A stretch of DNA of 49,418 bases, taken from an uncultured Pelagibacteraceae bacterium (GTDB lineage Bacteria > Pseudomonadota > Alphaproteobacteria > Pelagibacterales > Pelagibacteraceae). Positions 48,085 to 49,418 of the stretch are shown in pieces. Where the stretch lies: positions 1 to 49,418 of the forward strand of contig CACDEK010000001.1 of assembly GCA_902551735.1 (NCBI GenBank), in the 5' to 3' direction. The translations under genes and the position numbers were made by a program. The notes under the pieces are model-generated. The model saw only the letters and a list, made by a program, of their open reading frames with translations. It was not told where the DNA came from and searched no databases. How positions within the stretch are numbered: the stretch's first letter is position 1; every line of letters begins with the position of its first letter.

Positions 48085-49319
48085 TAAATATCTTCTAAAG
48101 GATGATGGGACATAAGTTCAAGATTATTTTCACCAACTAAATATTGTTGTTCAAGTTTAACACCTTCTTTGCCCCCTACTTTCCCAATATATGATTCAAC
48201 AGTAATAGTCATATTTTTTTCAAAATACCCTTCTCTTTGCCCACCATCAGTAGGATATTTTATCTGGGGCCATTCATCACAAAGACCTATACCATGAACC
48301 ATGCAGGAATATCTATTCCCATAATAATCATCAGGAAGTTTCCAAGATTTTTCTGTGAATTCTTTAAATGACATTCCGTTTTTAATTAATCTAGAATTGT
48401 GATTTATTTGTTCAACTGACATTAAATATAATTTTTTTTGATCATCATTAAATTTATTTCCCTCTACAAAAGATCTGGAGATGTCTGCACAGTAGCCATA
48501 AGGTCCAACCATATCAGTATCAAAAGATACCATTTCTCCTCTTTGGATGATTTTATTGGTACTTTCTTGCATCCATGGATTAGTTCTTTCACCAGAGGAT
48601 AAAATTCTACACTCAATCCATTCTCCTCCATGTTCAATATTTGTTTTGTGTAAAATTGACCAAAGTTCATCTTCGGTCATTCCTGCTTTTAATTCATCGC
48701 GCATTTTAGCAACACCAATTTCAGCAACATCAATTGCGGCTTTCATGCATTTTAATTCCTCAGCAGATTTAATAACTCTTGCTTGCTCAAGAATTAATTT
48801 TGCATCTAAAACTTTAATATTTGCTCTATTTAACGCTGTTACTGCAGGACCATTAATTATATCGATAGCAATCTTTTTGCTCTTAAAATAAGATTTTGAT
48901 AAATCTTCAATCTCATTAATCCATTTTTTTAATTGCTCGCTTGCCTGATCGCCGTTGCTAAAATAATCCCATGTTATTGCTGGTCTTATCTCTTCAATTA
49001 AATTTAAATGACTAGATAGACCTTCACAATTAAAATATTCATATAATATGGTTGGTCCATTTACGGGTATAAAGCAATAGCGAGTTAAATTGTGCATATT
49101 GTAAATACTCATATTAACAGTATCCAGTGCATATCTAACATTAACTGGATCAAATAATATACAAGCTTCAAGATTGTTTTTTTGTAATTCTTTTTTAACT
49201 CTATCTAATCTGTAGGATCTTAACTTATCAAAATTTATTTCATCTTCTTGAAATCTTTTTTTTGTTATAAATCCTGAATTAGGTTTTGCATCTGGTAAAA
49301 TTTTTCTTTTAAATTTCAT
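48084..49319 (-). CDS. M24-family metalloenzyme, DddP (DMSP lyase)-like
   Basis: LFDPVNVRYA, SGERTNPWMQE, FDTDMVGPYGYCADISR, YSCMVHGIGLCDEWP, ESYIG, VKLEQQ. Confidence 0.8.
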   Translation of the reverse strand: MKFKRKILPDAKPNSGFITKKRFQEDEINFDKLRSYRLDRVKKELQKNNLEACILFDPVNVRYALDTVNMSIYNMHNLTRYCFIPVNGPTILYEYFNCEGLSSHLNLIEEIRPAITWDYFSNGDQASEQLKKWINEIEDLSKSYFKSKKIAIDIINGPAVTALNRANIKVLDAKLILEQARVIKSAEELKCMKAAIDVAEIGVAKMRDELKAGMTEDELWSILHKTNIEHGGEWIECRILSSGERTNPWMQESTNKIIQRGEMVSFDTDMVGPYGYCADISRSFVEGNKFNDDQKKLYLMSVEQINHNSRLIKNGMSFKEFTEKSWKLPDDYYGNRYSCMVHGIGLCDEWPQIKYPTDGGQREGYFEKNMTITVESYIGKVGGKEGVKLEQQYLVGENNLELMSHHPLEDI

Positions 49320-49320
49320 A

Positions 49321-49418
49321 TTAAACTACGTTTGTTGCTACCCATTTATGAAAATGATGTGTAGGATTGTCCATAATTGGTGAAAAGTTTCCTCCATTAT
49401 ATGATGGAGAGTTTCTAC
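49321..49418 (-). CDS. C-terminal end of a Rieske non-heme iron oxygenase alpha subunit (partial)
   Basis: Manual translation ...(G)RNSPSYNGGNFSPIMDNPTHHFHKWVATNVV*, matching the 'G-x-x-S...G-x-F-S...H-H-F-H-x-W' tail of this family. Only 31 residues are visible. Confidence 0.65.
   Translation of the reverse strand, partial: RNSPSYNGGNFSPIMDNPTHHFHKWVATNVV

Noticed and set aside
837-48891. Short antisense or out-of-frame ORFs in the track (e.g. 837-1028, 5092-5537, 13091-13375, 15031-15402, 16163-17358, 37291-37620, 48547-48891)
   Set aside because: They lie within or opposite well-supported genes, carry no motifs, and have typical shadow-ORF composition.
1-49418. CRISPR arrays, IS elements, integrases, prophage, rRNA/tRNA genes
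   Set aside because: No repeat-spacer pattern, transposase, recombinase or phage structural motifs, or cloverleafs were seen; almost all sequence is accounted for by metabolic CDSs.

Overview
AT-rich (roughly 30% GC by eye), tightly packed alphaproteobacterial DNA whose gene content points to a SAR11/Pelagibacterales genome (inference). The window holds about 55 genes, mostly on the minus strand. (1) An organosulfur block: aprM-aprB-aprA with no sat, a TauE-type exporter, a c-type cytochrome, xsc and a PuuB/TauY-like flavoprotein, with metC, cysQ, a rhodanese and a YeeE/YedE pair elsewhere. (2) pabB/A/C-like genes, folE, hisI, mnmA, recX, HU and rseP. (3) A TPP-riboswitch-controlled sodium:solute symporter (ThiV-like). 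(4) A Fur-boxed Fe3+ ABC transporter. (5) A long betaine/DMSP-type catabolic run: Rieske oxygenase C-terminus, DddP-like M24 enzyme, BesD-like Fe/2OG oxygenase, carnitine-dehydrogenase-like enzyme, enoyl-CoA hydratase, dimethylglycine-dehydrogenase-like enzyme, ETF/ETF-QO and AcuI. Most notable unannotated items: a ~175-nt, ~52% GC structured ncRNA at 19132-19305 (minus) with tandem DnaA boxes upstream; a 27-aa Lys/Arg peptide resembling ribosomal bS22/mS38; a 55-aa Cys-rich ORF plus a C-rich-loop hairpin inside the iron operon; a TPP aptamer with a degenerate pyrophosphate-sensing half; and a miniature APS-kinase-like plus HxGH-nucleotidyltransferase pair that might stand in for the missing Sat. 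No CRISPR, tRNA, rRNA or mobile element was seen. All family calls come from motif recognition by eye; no database searches were run.
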